Virus record (IMG/VR): IMGVR_UViG_3300023105_001655 | Source: an uncultured virus (IMG/VR IMGVR_UViG_3300023105_001655) | Lineage: Duplodnaviria; Heunggongvirae; Uroviricota; Caudoviricetes | Reading direction: 5' to 3' (one strand) | Length of the DNA stretch: 64,000 nucleotides | In this document: positions 1 to 10,800 of the stretch, in pieces | Layout of the letters: the number at the start of each line of letters is the position of its first letter | Numbering within the stretch: position 1 is the first letter of the stretch | Made by a program: the position numbers and the translations under genes | The notes under the pieces: generated by a model | Database searches by the model: none | What the model was told of the DNA's origin: nothing | The model's input: the letters and a program-made list of their open reading frames with translations, nothing else

Positions 1-3
1 TGA

Positions 4-183
4 TACGACAATAAGAAAAACACTTGGTTGAATGAACTTAACACATGTGTTCTTACTGATATGAAAGTAGACTATGGACACAATGGTTTTATGACTAGTT
101 TTGAAGGTGGTGCGCCAACAGAAATTACCTTGTCTCTGATGTTTAAAGAAATTCTTCTCAGAGATAGAAAAGATATTAAGTAG
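4..183 (+). CDS. gp48: C-terminal fragment of baseplate tail-tube cap protein (gp48-like), truncated at window edge
   Basis: Frame 1 reads YDNKKNTWLNELNTCVLTDMKVDYG...GAPTEITLSLMFKE..., typical of the gp48 C-terminus, and lies directly upstream of gp53. An in-frame TGA occupies bases 1-3. Confidence 0.65.
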   Translation, partial: YDNKKNTWLNELNTCVLTDMKVDYGHNGFMTSFEGGAPTEITLSLMFKEILLRDRKDIK

Positions 184-194
184 GAGTAGATACA

Positions 195-701
195 ATGTTC
201 TTTGATAGGTTTCCTAGAAGAAACTATGTTATTGATGGGGTTGAAATAGATACCCCTGATATTTTTCGTAGGGTTGCACCGAACGAAAGAATCGATGAGG
301 TTTTGATACTTGAAAAAATCACTTTGAGAGATGGTCAGACTCCGTGGCAAATTTCATACGATTACTACGGACATGTTGAATATTATTGGACTATACTTTT
401 GGTAAATGATATTATTAATCCTTATCATGACTGGTTAAAACCGGCGGAAGAACTTAGAGACTGGGCTTTGGCAAAATATGGAAGTTCAGAAAGATTAAAC
501 GAGGCCCACCATTATATATTTGCTGGGACAGACATCCAAGTAGACTTTGATCACTTGGATGGAGTTGGTGGACAAATTGTTCCTATAACAAACTTTGAAC
601 ACGAAGTAGAAGAAAATGAAAAACGAAGAAATATTTTTCTAGTAAAAAAAGAATATATCATTTCGTTTGCAAGACAATACGAATCATTGCTTAGAGCTTA
701 A
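195..701 (+). CDS. gp53: Baseplate wedge subunit gp53 (LysM-like)
   Basis: MFFDRFP start; G-x-TPWQISYDYYG..YYWTILLVNDIINPY-DW motif; ITNFEHEVEENEKRRNI; SD AGGAG upstream. Confidence 0.9.
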   Translation: MFFDRFPRRNYVIDGVEIDTPDIFRRVAPNERIDEVLILEKITLRDGQTPWQISYDYYGHVEYYWTILLVNDIINPYHDWLKPAEELRDWALAKYGSSERLNEAHHYIFAGTDIQVDFDHLDGVGGQIVPITNFEHEVEENEKRRNIFLVKKEYIISFARQYESLLRA

Positions 702-703
702 TT

Positions 704-2104
704 ATGTCGAATACAAAACCCAGAACCGTTCCTGGCCGATTTAGACCAAACGTCTTCAAGTTGGTGGGAGAGGGTGGTACACAAGATTTACAGAACTTTG
801 CTGGACAATTAACCATTTTTGAAAACGTACTAACCCAAGGCATTTTTGGGGAGTTGGCTATTGGTGATGCAAAAAACTTAGTAAGAAGATTAAAACTCAG
901 AGGAACCGAAAAGGTTATTGTGGAGTTTCAATCTGAACAGGGAGTCACACCTTTAAAATATACTTTTGTTGTAACTGGAATTACCAACAGAGTTTTGAAA
1001 GAAGATAGAGAATCTATGTATACTCTTAGATTGTCATCCGAAGAAGCTTATCGTGATTCTAGTATGGTTGCAACAAAAAGATTTGATGGAAAACCAAAAG
1101 CGGTATTGCAACAGATTTATGACGAGTTTATTGCTGTAGACAAGGGATTAGATTTTTTTGGTTTGGAATTCAAGAGAGAAGAGTTTGTTTTTGTAGCGAA
1201 TTATTGGTCTGGGTTTAAATGTATGAATTACGTTTGCCGACAGGCCGCACCAAAAGGTTCTCCAGAGTATATGCCAAACACACTCTTTTTCCAGAGTGAT
1301 AAGAAAAACTATTGTACTAGTTTATCAAAAATGGCTCATATATACAAATCGAACAGACTGGTATATGACTGTTTTAACTATGTTTCTGACCAGATGGAAA
1401 GGTCGGAGGGTGACTCCAGAGAACCATCGTATAACTACATTCACCCTTGGATTCACGAAAAATATGTGGTTATGGATGGGGTATCTCATCCAACATTTAC
1501 AGACATTTACCATGATTTAAATACTGGATATATGGGAAGTCTTACGGTTGGATTTGATATGGGAAAAAGAATGCCATATCTAATGATGTTTGATTACACG
1601 CCTAATCAAGCTGGTGTACCCAATGGAAACTTGCCTAAGGTCAAAGGTAATCAGGCGCTATTAGATTTTACATATGATAGTTTCTATCATCTATATGACA
1701 AACAAAGGGTAAACCCCATCCACTCTGGTATTATGTTTCATCCATTTTCAAACGTTAATGTTGCTATGGGTAATCACAATTTGTGGGATGATAAAGAATT
1801 TGGATATGACAAATTCCATTTTGAAAATATTTCTTTCCGAGATAGTGCTATTGCTGAACTGACACGACACCAAATAGATATTAATGTAAACGGAAGGACA
1901 GATGTTGATTTGGGTATGTTGGTTTATTTGCAATTTCCAAACCCAGAAGAAAAGGGAGAAAATCCCCCAGAAAGTTTGAAACTAGATAAAAAATTATCTG
2001 GATTATATCAGATCATAGGCATTCGCCACGACTTTATGTTTGGTGATGCATTTGAACATAAAATGAAACTGGAAGTTATCAGGGACTCGCACGAGCAGAA
2101 ATAA
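704..2104 (+). CDS. Baseplate hub protein (gp27/GpD/VgrG N-terminal-like)
   Basis: Lies between gp53 and gp5; C-terminal I-x-V-x-G..L..G..V...LSGLYQIIGIRHDF pattern of tail hub proteins. Confidence 0.65.
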   Translation: MSNTKPRTVPGRFRPNVFKLVGEGGTQDLQNFAGQLTIFENVLTQGIFGELAIGDAKNLVRRLKLRGTEKVIVEFQSEQGVTPLKYTFVVTGITNRVLKEDRESMYTLRLSSEEAYRDSSMVATKRFDGKPKAVLQQIYDEFIAVDKGLDFFGLEFKREEFVFVANYWSGFKCMNYVCRQAAPKGSPEYMPNTLFFQSDKKNYCTSLSKMAHIYKSNRLVYDCFNYVSDQMERSEGDSREPSYNYIHPWIHEKYVVMDGVSHPTFTDIYHDLNTGYMGSLTVGFDMGKRMPYLMMFDYTPNQAGVPNGNLPKVKGNQALLDFTYDSFYHLYDKQRVNPIHSGIMFHPFSNVNVAMGNHNLWDDKEFGYDKFHFENISFRDSAIAELTRHQIDINVNGRTDVDLGMLVYLQFPNPEEKGENPPESLKLDKKLSGLYQIIGIRHDFMFGDAFEHKMKLEVIRDSHEQK

Positions 2105-2106
2105 TT

Positions 2107-4284
2107 ATGGCTAGAAAAGATATAAAATATCCAAAGTTTACTTGGTGGCAGGGTATCGTAGAAGATAGAGATGACCCAGCAAAGTTGGGACGTTATCGTG
2201 TGCGTATTTTTGGACACCATACCCAGAGTAAAGAGAGACTTCCAACTGCACATCTTCCTTGGGCAGTACCAATGCAACCAATTACTTCTGCTGGCATTTC
2301 TGGTATAGGACACTCTCCTACTGGTTTGGTAGAGGGTTCTGCTGTTGTTGGATTTTTTGCAGATGGTGATAACGGACAAATCCCAATCATTATGGGATCA
2401 CTTGGTGTTGCTTCTTATTTGCCAAGAGAAGATGATACGGGCCCAGTAATTGATATTGATAGAAGTCTGGTTGGTTTCTTTGATCCAAAAGGAACTCATC
2501 CGCACTATAGGTATCCCAAAAGAAAAGTAACAAATAGAAAAGACCCAGGCCCAGATACCCATGCTAGCGGTAGACCGAGGGAAACACCAGAGTATGACGA
2601 AGATGGTGGGGAGGACGTTGGAGAAAATATTTTAGAAGAAGCCGATTCTTCTCGTCTTTCTAGAAACCACAGTGAGAGAAAGTGGGCAGAAGAACATTGG
2701 TCTTTGAAATCGAAAAGAGAAACGAGAATAAAAGACATTCCCATGGCTTATGCAAGTCTAGCCAGCGGAGGAACTACTCCAAAAGGATTTACTCACCCAG
2801 ATGATGGCAGTGGCGAAAGACTGGAAATCAAAGACCCAAAGTATAGACCTAGAAGTTGGAATGAACCACATCCACAATCTACCCCACCAGACCCAAACGC
2901 AGACCCAGAAGAATCTAAGTCTGAGTACCCCTACAACCACGTTTATGAAAGCGAGAGCGGACATATATTTGAGGTTGATGATACACTTGGTGCAGAACGA
3001 ATTCATGAAATGCACAAGGCTGGCACTTTCAGAGAAATTCAACCAGATGGAACCAAAGTAGAAAAGGTTGTTGGGAACAATTATGTAATTGATTTGAAGA
3101 ACAAATTAATTTATGTTCGGGGTGATTACAGCATGACCGTGGATGGTGACTATTACTTAAACATCAAAGGTAACAAAGTAGAACACATTAGTGGTCATGC
3201 TTTTCAAACTGTTCGTGGTAGTAGGATTAGCAAGATTCAAGGTACGGAAGAGATTGATACTGAAAGTACCATGCATCATCACATCAGAAAAAATAGAAAC
3301 GTTCAAGTGGGTTCTCAAGACCCAGACCTTGCCTATGTTGGAAACGATTCTCTAAGAGTCGTTGGACAAGCAAACTGGCGAGTAAAGGGGAAATGGAAAA
3401 CTATTGCTACTCAGGACAGAAAAGACATCACATTCGGAAACCATAAGATTAATGTGTACCCGAGATATGAGTTGGACGTTGACGCATTCCGTGATATGTT
3501 ATTTGATCCTACCGTTAAAGCTGATCCAACTGCTCTATTAAAATCGGTATCCAAACTAGAATTGTTTGCACAACAAGATGTATCTATTGCCACTGGACAA
3601 CTTTATCCAGACCCATTTTTACCATTTAACCCAGCACCCAGTGTGAGTATCGCTACTGCTAGATATAACTTGAGTGCTACTGCTGATCTTTATGAGAAAA
3701 TTGGCCCTACTGCCTCATTTACTGGAGCCGCTTCTATTTTGTTGAAACCAGGCTACGCAACAAGACAGGCTAGTATTGCTATTAACAATATTCAAGGGGT
3801 TGATACTGGTGTATTTAGTTTGATTCCAGGCATTCAGAACTTTGTGACTGCTGGAGGTATGTTCAATACCATTCTTCTTGGAGGAATGATAAACACCGTT
3901 CAAGCTGGCGGACAATATAACACCGTGGTTGCTGGTGGTCAATTTAATACTGTTATTGCTGGAGGTATTGCAAATAACGTTGCTGCCGGAGGAATACTCA
4001 GTAACGTTACTGCTGGCGGGATAACAAATAATGTTACTGCTGGTGGCATGGCAAACAACGTTACTGCTGGTGCATATCTTGCAAATGCTGTTGCTGGTAC
4101 TGCTACAATGACATCTGGTGCAGGAAGTGTTGTAGCTTCTGGTGCATTTGTTTCTGTTACCGCTGGTGGTGCTGTTACGGTCACTGCTGGTGGAGCCGCA
4201 TCAATGTTTGGTACTGCGACAACAACTCTTGGTATTATCACCAGTCCAACAATTGTTACTGGTGCTACGGTATCAATAGGATAA
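2107..4284 (+). CDS. gp5: Baseplate central spike gp5 (OB fold plus beta-helix, no recognisable lysozyme domain)
   Basis: WWQGIVEDRDDPAKLGRYRVRIFGHHT OB-fold motif; YPYNHVYESESGHIFEVDDT-GAERIHEMHKAGTF; 8-residue V-x-G repeats. Confidence 0.92.
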   Translation: MARKDIKYPKFTWWQGIVEDRDDPAKLGRYRVRIFGHHTQSKERLPTAHLPWAVPMQPITSAGISGIGHSPTGLVEGSAVVGFFADGDNGQIPIIMGSLGVASYLPREDDTGPVIDIDRSLVGFFDPKGTHPHYRYPKRKVTNRKDPGPDTHASGRPRETPEYDEDGGEDVGENILEEADSSRLSRNHSERKWAEEHWSLKSKRETRIKDIPMAYASLASGGTTPKGFTHPDDGSGERLEIKDPKYRPRSWNEPHPQSTPPDPNADPEESKSEYPYNHVYESESGHIFEVDDTLGAERIHEMHKAGTFREIQPDGTKVEKVVGNNYVIDLKNKLIYVRGDYSMTVDGDYYLNIKGNKVEHISGHAFQTVRGSRISKIQGTEEIDTESTMHHHIRKNRNVQVGSQDPDLAYVGNDSLRVVGQANWRVKGKWKTIATQDRKDITFGNHKINVYPRYELDVDAFRDMLFDPTVKADPTALLKSVSKLELFAQQDVSIATGQLYPDPFLPFNPAPSVSIATARYNLSATADLYEKIGPTASFTGAASILLKPGYATRQASIAINNIQGVDTGVFSLIPGIQNFVTAGGMFNTILLGGMINTVQAGGQYNTVVAGGQFNTVIAGGIANNVAAGGILSNVTAGGITNNVTAGGMANNVTAGAYLANAVAGTATMTSGAGSVVASGAFVSVTAGGAVTVTAGGAASMFGTATTTLGIITSPTIVTGATVSIG
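3838..4107 (+). repeat. Ten tandem 9-aa (27 bp) repeats N-x-V-x-A-G-G-x-x in the gp5 C-terminal region
   Basis: NFVTAGGMF NTILLGGMI NTVQAGGQY NTVVAGGQF NTVIAGGIA NNVAAGGIL SNVTAGGIT NNVTAGGMA NNVTAGAYL ANAVAGTAT. Confidence 0.9.
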
Positions 4285-4296
4285 CGGGAGAATATT

Positions 4297-5235
4297 GTGG
4301 GTTACATTGACGATTTTGTTAAGGACGCTACCAATAAGGCTAAAAGTGAAGCACAGGCTGCCATAGATCAGGCAAAATCCGAAGGTATCAATAAGTTATC
4401 TGAAGCTCAAGCGAATATTGAGATTATAAGAAGTCAAGAAGTTTTGCCGGATGACTACCCTGGCCCAGACATCACCGACCCACTCAATCTTGGCAAAGAG
4501 TTATTAGACTATACCGATGAAGAATTTGCACAATTTGAGAGATATGACGATCTTTTGAAGGGTGAACAGGCGATTAGAGATCAAGAAGCTAGATGTGATG
4601 CTATTGGAGAACAATTTCAAGAACTATCAGATAAGATCGATGAACTCAGTGATAAATTCGATGCTATAGTAGATAAACTTACAGATAAGATTTGTAATTT
4701 TTTTGGTGTTGCCGCTGTTGAGGTAAAATTCAAAGTAGAATATGCATTGTTATTGGCATCTATTAGAAAAGACTTACCATCGACTACTGCTTTGCTTGAT
4801 TCACTTCGCAAACAATTGCCGTTCGGCGATGAATTAAATGGTCTGATCGCATTTGGATATGACACTTTTCAGTATTATCAGAAGATTCAACAGTTAAAGA
4901 ACAAGTATGGAAACAGTGATGCAGTAATTGATGCAATACTGGATGATCCAAAGGGGTTCTTACAAGGACTCGGCGGTGATCTCACAGGACTTTGTAAAGA
5001 ACTTCCTCAATGGGAAGACTCAAAGACCGCACAAATAAAAATTCGTGTTGCGGAATTTGGTTTAGAAGGCCCAGAGATTGACATTAAAGAAATTATTATG
5101 GAGGGAGCTTCTCCATTCGTATCTAGGATAGAGGAGATTCTTGCGAAACTAGGATTTTCAATAGATAAAGTTCATGACTATTATGACAAATATGATCAAA
5201 AAGCTGATGGAAAATGTTCTTGGACTGACTGTTAA
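4297..5235 (+). CDS. Hypothetical acidic, helical protein in the baseplate cluster
   Basis: 312-aa ORF, GTG start with GGGAG SD, fills the gap between gp5 and gp25; heptad-like stretches. Confidence 0.75.
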   Translation: MGYIDDFVKDATNKAKSEAQAAIDQAKSEGINKLSEAQANIEIIRSQEVLPDDYPGPDITDPLNLGKELLDYTDEEFAQFERYDDLLKGEQAIRDQEARCDAIGEQFQELSDKIDELSDKFDAIVDKLTDKICNFFGVAAVEVKFKVEYALLLASIRKDLPSTTALLDSLRKQLPFGDELNGLIAFGYDTFQYYQKIQQLKNKYGNSDAVIDAILDDPKGFLQGLGGDLTGLCKELPQWEDSKTAQIKIRVAEFGLEGPEIDIKEIIMEGASPFVSRIEEILAKLGFSIDKVHDYYDKYDQKADGKCSWTDC

Positions 5236-5239
5236 GGGT

Positions 5240-5247
5240 TATAAATA
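5240..5247 (+). promoter_or_regulatory. T4-type late promoter TATAAATA (gp25)
   Basis: Exact gp55 consensus, intergenic, 5 nt before ATG. Confidence 0.85.
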
Positions 5248-5252
5248 ATACT

Positions 5253-5651
5253 ATGCCTATCAATACACCGACAAGACTTTACAAGGACATCGATCTATCG
5301 TTTTCGATGAATCCCAATACAAAGGACATTTCCAAGAAATTGGATGTTCAGGCGGTCAAACAAGCTTTAAAAATATTAATGAATACCCAGTTTTATGAAA
5401 AACCATTTGACCCATTGTACGGTTCTAATATAAGAAGAATGTTATTTGAACCTTTTGGTAGAAGTACTGCAAGTATGCTTTCAAATGAAATAGATAATGC
5501 TATTACTACATATGAACCGAGAGTAAAAGTAGAAGAGGTTATATGTACGCCAAATATTGATCAACACACATATGATGTTGAAATTAGATTTTATGTCATT
5601 GGTATTACACAAATACAATCTATGGGTGTTGTTCTGGAGAGGTTGCGATAA
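5253..5651 (+). CDS. gp25: Baseplate wedge subunit gp25
   Basis: YKDIDLSF..NP...DI....D..AVKQAL...EKPFDPLYGSNIR..LFEP...I..YEPRV. Confidence 0.93.
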   Translation: MPINTPTRLYKDIDLSFSMNPNTKDISKKLDVQAVKQALKILMNTQFYEKPFDPLYGSNIRRMLFEPFGRSTASMLSNEIDNAITTYEPRVKVEEVICTPNIDQHTYDVEIRFYVIGITQIQSMGVVLERLR

Positions 5652-5962
5652 TGTCATTTGTTTGGGTTGCGCCTGGTGTTATAAAAGATGGACAGGGTGT
5701 TGCGGCAATTACACCAAACCCAGCAGCTGCAGCTGCGGGGGTCACAATAAGTGGTTCTGTTCCAATTCTAGAAGGCAGTGTTGTTGCACCACACGGTAGT
5801 CACACAGGGACAATAACAATTGATCCGTCTACATGTGCAAAAGCAACAGTCACTATCGCTGGACTTAGAGTTGCAATAGCAACAACAACAGCTACATGCG
5901 GTGGAGGAATTGATCCTGGCCCGCCGCCGAAAACTCTAAGTCCAACAGTAAGTATAATTTAA
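5651..5962 (+). CDS. PAAR-like spike tip protein (gp5.4-like), divergent
   Basis: 103 aa; GSVVAPHGSH, TVTIAGLRVA...TATCGGGI, TVSII pattern with His/Cys metal ligands. Confidence 0.65.
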   Translation: MSFVWVAPGVIKDGQGVAAITPNPAAAAAGVTISGSVPILEGSVVAPHGSHTGTITIDPSTCAKATVTIAGLRVAIATTTATCGGGIDPGPPPKTLSPTVSII

Positions 5963-5974
5963 TAGGATAAAAAA

Positions 5975-7888
5975 ATGCCAGTTAAAAATGTCACCGAATT
6001 AGACTATGCTGACATTAGAGAGAATCTAAGAGTCTTTTTGCAAAATCAGGACGAGTTTTCTGATTATAGTTTTGAAGCTTCTGGTCTATCTACTTTGGTA
6101 GACCTACTTGCTTATAATACACATTATAATGCAGTGTTGGCCCACATGGTGGCAAACGAGGCATTTCTTGATTCTGCTGTAAGAAGAAATTCTGTAGTAT
6201 CTATTGCTAAGACTATGGGTTATACTCCAAGGTCAACTAGGTCTTCCGTAGCAACAATTAATCTTACTGTTCGACCCCCGGCTTCTTATACAAGTAGTAC
6301 ATTACAGTTGCCAAGAGACAGTGTATTTTCCAGCACAGTGAATGGAAAAAGTAGATCGTTTGTCCCCCAAGATGATTATACGGTGACCAAGAGTGTTGTC
6401 GATGGGGTATCTGCTTTTAGATTTGAAAACATACGGTTGGTGGAAGGAACTAGAACCACAACTTCTCAGATTATTACTAACACCACTACTTCTGGCCCAA
6501 TTGTTCTTGAAAATGATAACATCGACACCACGACAATCAGGGTCAAAGTTCAGACTTCTACTCGCAACGCATCTACAGAAACCTTCAACATCGTTGACAA
6601 TGTTTTGGATGTCACATCTACATCTAAAGTTTTCTATTTAGATGAAAGAACTGATGGACACTATCAAATCGTTTTTGGTGATGATGTTCTTGGCAAATCA
6701 TTAGAAGTTGGAAACATTGTAATCGTTGATTATGTTGTGTCAAATGGTGCAGACGGAAATGGTGCTAGAGTTTTTAATTACCCGTCTGCAATTTCTGCCG
6801 TTGGCGAAAGTGTAAGTAGTGAACTTATTTCTGCATCTGCTGGTGGATTTGCCGCAGAAACAGCCGATAGTATTCGATTCAATGCACCAAGATTTAATGC
6901 TTCTAAGGGTAGAACAATAACTAAAACTGACTACGAATCTACCATAAAACAGTCTAATCCAAATATTAAATCGGTTGCCGTTTGGGGCGGAGAAGATAAT
7001 ATCCCACCCATTTATGGAAAGGTTTTTATTTCTATGCAGCCGCAAGATAATTTTGTTATCACTGAAGACGATAAAAAAAATATAAGAAATTCTGTTCTTA
7101 ATGATAGAATGCCTATTGGACTGACACCAGAATTTGTTGATCCAGAGTATGTTTATATTGGTATCAATGCGAGCGTTACATACGACCAAAAATTAACCAC
7201 GTTGTCATCGGATTCTTTGAAGTCACTAATTGTTCAAAGAACAGAAAATCATTTTGAGACGAACGTAAATGCTCTAAAAAAGAATTTTTATTATTCTAGA
7301 TTAACAAAAGATATCGATGCTATTTCAGAATCTATCGTTGCAACTGGAATTGAAATGAGATTGATTAAGAAATTGAATCCAGTCTTAGGTGGTGTTGCGA
7401 GATATGAACCAAAATTTAATAACAAAATTTTGCCTCTGTCTATCAGATCAAATTATTTTACTGCTGATTTAAACGGTTCTAAAGTAGAAGTATTTTTGTG
7501 CGACAAACCAAACCCAGATGTTATCGCACCAGTGTACAGTGGTAGGGGTATACTGCAATTGAAAACAAAAATAAGGGGCGAAATTGTAGACAAAAATGTT
7601 GGGACTATTGACTATGATACTGGAGCACTTGATATAGTTGATTTGAGAATAGACTCAATTAGTGGTGCTGGAAATAGTATTTTCAGAGTTGTCTCTACTC
7701 CACACGAATCTTCTAAAAATATCTCTACCGATATTCTTGTTAGAACAACAGAGGAAGCGGATTATGCTGTTTTTGCACAACCAGCGAGAAACATCATCCT
7801 TCAACTAGATGATGCTGCCGAAGATGTTGTAAATAATATTCGCAAAGGTTTGAACGTAACAATGGTTCCAAGAGTAAGCGATGAGTAA
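5975..7888 (+). CDS. gp6: Baseplate wedge subunit gp6
   Basis: LDY..I..NL..FL..Q.EF.DY.FEASGLS.LVDLLAYNTHY; NEAFLDSA..R.SVVSIAK..GY.P.S; WGGEDN.PP.YGKVFIS. Confidence 0.95.
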   Translation: MPVKNVTELDYADIRENLRVFLQNQDEFSDYSFEASGLSTLVDLLAYNTHYNAVLAHMVANEAFLDSAVRRNSVVSIAKTMGYTPRSTRSSVATINLTVRPPASYTSSTLQLPRDSVFSSTVNGKSRSFVPQDDYTVTKSVVDGVSAFRFENIRLVEGTRTTTSQIITNTTTSGPIVLENDNIDTTTIRVKVQTSTRNASTETFNIVDNVLDVTSTSKVFYLDERTDGHYQIVFGDDVLGKSLEVGNIVIVDYVVSNGADGNGARVFNYPSAISAVGESVSSELISASAGGFAAETADSIRFNAPRFNASKGRTITKTDYESTIKQSNPNIKSVAVWGGEDNIPPIYGKVFISMQPQDNFVITEDDKKNIRNSVLNDRMPIGLTPEFVDPEYVYIGINASVTYDQKLTTLSSDSLKSLIVQRTENHFETNVNALKKNFYYSRLTKDIDAISESIVATGIEMRLIKKLNPVLGGVARYEPKFNNKILPLSIRSNYFTADLNGSKVEVFLCDKPNPDVIAPVYSGRGILQLKTKIRGEIVDKNVGTIDYDTGALDIVDLRIDSISGAGNSIFRVVSTPHESSKNISTDILVRTTEEADYAVFAQPARNIILQLDDAAEDVVNNIRKGLNVTMVPRVSDE

Positions 7889-10800
7889 TCATACAGTCCC
7901 TACATTTAAGGAATACATCAAAGAGATATTTGTTGTAACATCTGGCTCAGGATATTCTGAACCCCCAACACTTATCATTCCTCCTCCAGATCGCAGCAAC
8001 GATGAACCTGTTCAAGCTGTTGCAGAGGTAGTTGTTACTGGGGGAAGTATTACTGAAGTTAATATTATAGAGGACGGTGATGGGTACATCGAAGCACCAG
8101 TCCCCTATGTTGTCGGATTTCCTACTGATTACTCTCTGATATCTGATCCCAGCACTGAAATTGATGCTGGTACATATATCGGCATTCCAACCACTACTGA
8201 TTCTGCTGACGGTTCTGGGTTGACAGTAAACATAACTGTTGACGAATTTGGTTACTCTACTTTTTCAACCAATGATGATGGTAATGCACTATACAGAGAA
8301 GGAGATAGGATTACTATCGACCCAATTGAGATGGGTGGGATGGAAGATGATCCAGAAATTATTGCATCTATTGTAAAAATCAATAATGGATCAGGAGCTA
8401 CATTTAGTACAGAAATTGATAAAGTTTTTAAAAACTATGTTTATGCTCAACCAAAAATATCTCCATTTGTTGGCGAACAAATTCCAGAAGTATTACAAGA
8501 AGAGTTTCCCCTCTTCAAAACTCTGTTTGAAAAATATTATGAGTTCATGGAACAAACGAACTCAATTGACAATACTAAACACGGCCCGTTAAAAGTACTC
8601 CAAGATTTTTTATCAAAACTCGATGTTGATTTTAATGATGATGGAAGTATAAACACTGATGATAATTTTATCAGAGAATTTTTCCATGATTATGCTAAAG
8701 ACTTTCCATTAAATCAAGCAGCGAAATTATCAAGAGTAATAAAAGATATTAATAGTTTCTACACTGCTAAGGGTAGTGTGGAAGCTACGAAATACCTTTT
8801 CAAAGTTTTGTATAATGAAAATGTTTCTTTAAGAAATTCTGGACAATTTGTTTTAAGGCCGTCCTCAAACAGATGGAGACAAGATTATGTCGTAAAGGTT
8901 TATGAGGCTCAAGTCCCAAATGTAGATGATTTGCAGGGAAAAAGAATTGACATTCATTATGCTGTATCCGAAGGCGCCGCAACAAATTACTATAAAAAAA
9001 CTACTACTGTTCAGCGAGTTAAAAAGATATCATATACTTCCCCACAAGTATATGAATTGACTCTTGATCTTCCCGCCACTTTCGATATCGTTGGGCCTGG
9101 AGTAGGTCAATCTGGATATGACGAACAACTGCTAGCTTATGTATCTGGCGAAATATCTACAATAACTGGTACTGGTTCTAATGGATCATTTGAAAACCCC
9201 AGTTCTTCTGTTGTAGACGGGATTTACACTGTAACCGATGCAGACTATGAAAGTTATCTTGATGTTGAATATACTAACAATACCGTGTATGAAGTCGGCA
9301 CATATGTAAAAGCAAACTCAAAAATATACGTCACGGTGAACGAAGGAACCACCGATTCTGTTGGTACTGGCCCAACACATGAATCTGGTGATGAACTAAA
9401 TGGGACTTCTAAATTTAGATTTGTAAGTTTTGATTCGCACAAAACAACGGATAGTTCTGGAGGAGAATTCACTGTTGTTATTTCTGGAAATTCTGTTTCC
9501 AATATTACTGTGGTCGATAATGGAACCAACTTTCAACCAAACGAAATAATTGAAATACCCACCACATTTTTTGGTGGAAGTGGTACGCCATCTGTAAAAT
9601 TTAAAGTAGATCAAATATCTTCTGGTAAGATTGATAATGTTTTAATTTTGGATGGCGGTACTGGATTTAGTGCAAACCCAAGTGTTACAATACGACCAAA
9701 TTCTTTAGACACCATTTCTTCTAATGCAGTAATTGATACTCGACTAACAGATGGTACAATTACTTCAACTGTCTTTGTTGCTAATCAACAGGGTAGAGGA
9801 TATAACAACAGACCAGATTTAGCAATAAATGTTGCTTCTATTTTAACTTATATTACTCTTGAGGGGGAGTCTGGGTTCTTTAATATTCGAGCCTATCCAT
9901 CCAGAGTTCTTAATTCTGCATCATTTAATTCTATTGCAGAAGGTTCTTCTACAACCAACGGTGGTTTTAAAGTAGGACAAACATTTAAAATTTCCGAGAC
10001 TGGAGACATTCTTGGTGTCTATGCTATTGATTATTTTGCTGAAGATTATACTTTAACTGGCATTGATAATAAAGGATATATCAAAATATCAAAAGTTGAC
10101 TCCAATGGATATCCATCTGCTTTTGATATTATCGCAGTTGGTGTTGGATTCTTCCGTGCCGACTTCCAATTCAATATTACTTCGAATACTGGCAATACTT
10201 GTGTTATTGATTTAACAACTGGATTTAATGCACTACTTGCTGGAGTATACGAAGACGCAGGAAGTTTCTTATCGGATGCAAACAGATTGTTTGATAATAG
10301 AATTTATCAAAACTTCTCTTATGAAATTGAAAGCGAAAGACCACAATCAGAGTGGAATGATTATGTAAGAAGAGCTGCTCACCCAATTGGATTTGGACTT
10401 TTTGGTAATTTACAAATAAGACAATCTGTTGATCTCTCTGGCAATTTTAATGTCGAAACAGATGTCTACATGTTCTTCAAGTATCCAGATATTGAAACGG
10501 TATTAATTTCTGACGAAGATGTTACTAGGGATTTTTCTAAGAACGATGTCATAGAGTCCATATTCCCAGGCGATGGTTTTGCTGATAGACAAAATATTGC
10601 AAGTGTTGTTAATAAACTGGATATACATGCTGTCAGATCAGATGGCGTTGGAGCTAACTCAGAGTTTGGGCCATATACCTTTCAGGGTACAGAAGTAGAA
10701 AACTTCTATGCTACTTCTGATGGTTCAACGCTTGGTGATCCATACTTCTTTAGATATCCAAATGAAAATGATGACTATGTGGAGAGACTTCAAACTGGTG

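Noticed and set aside
1..3. In-frame TGA at the start of the gp48-like frame, suggesting stop-codon recoding or a pseudogene
   Set aside because: It is at the window edge with no upstream context. TGA ends many genes here (ATGA overlaps), and conserved genes are full length in the standard code.
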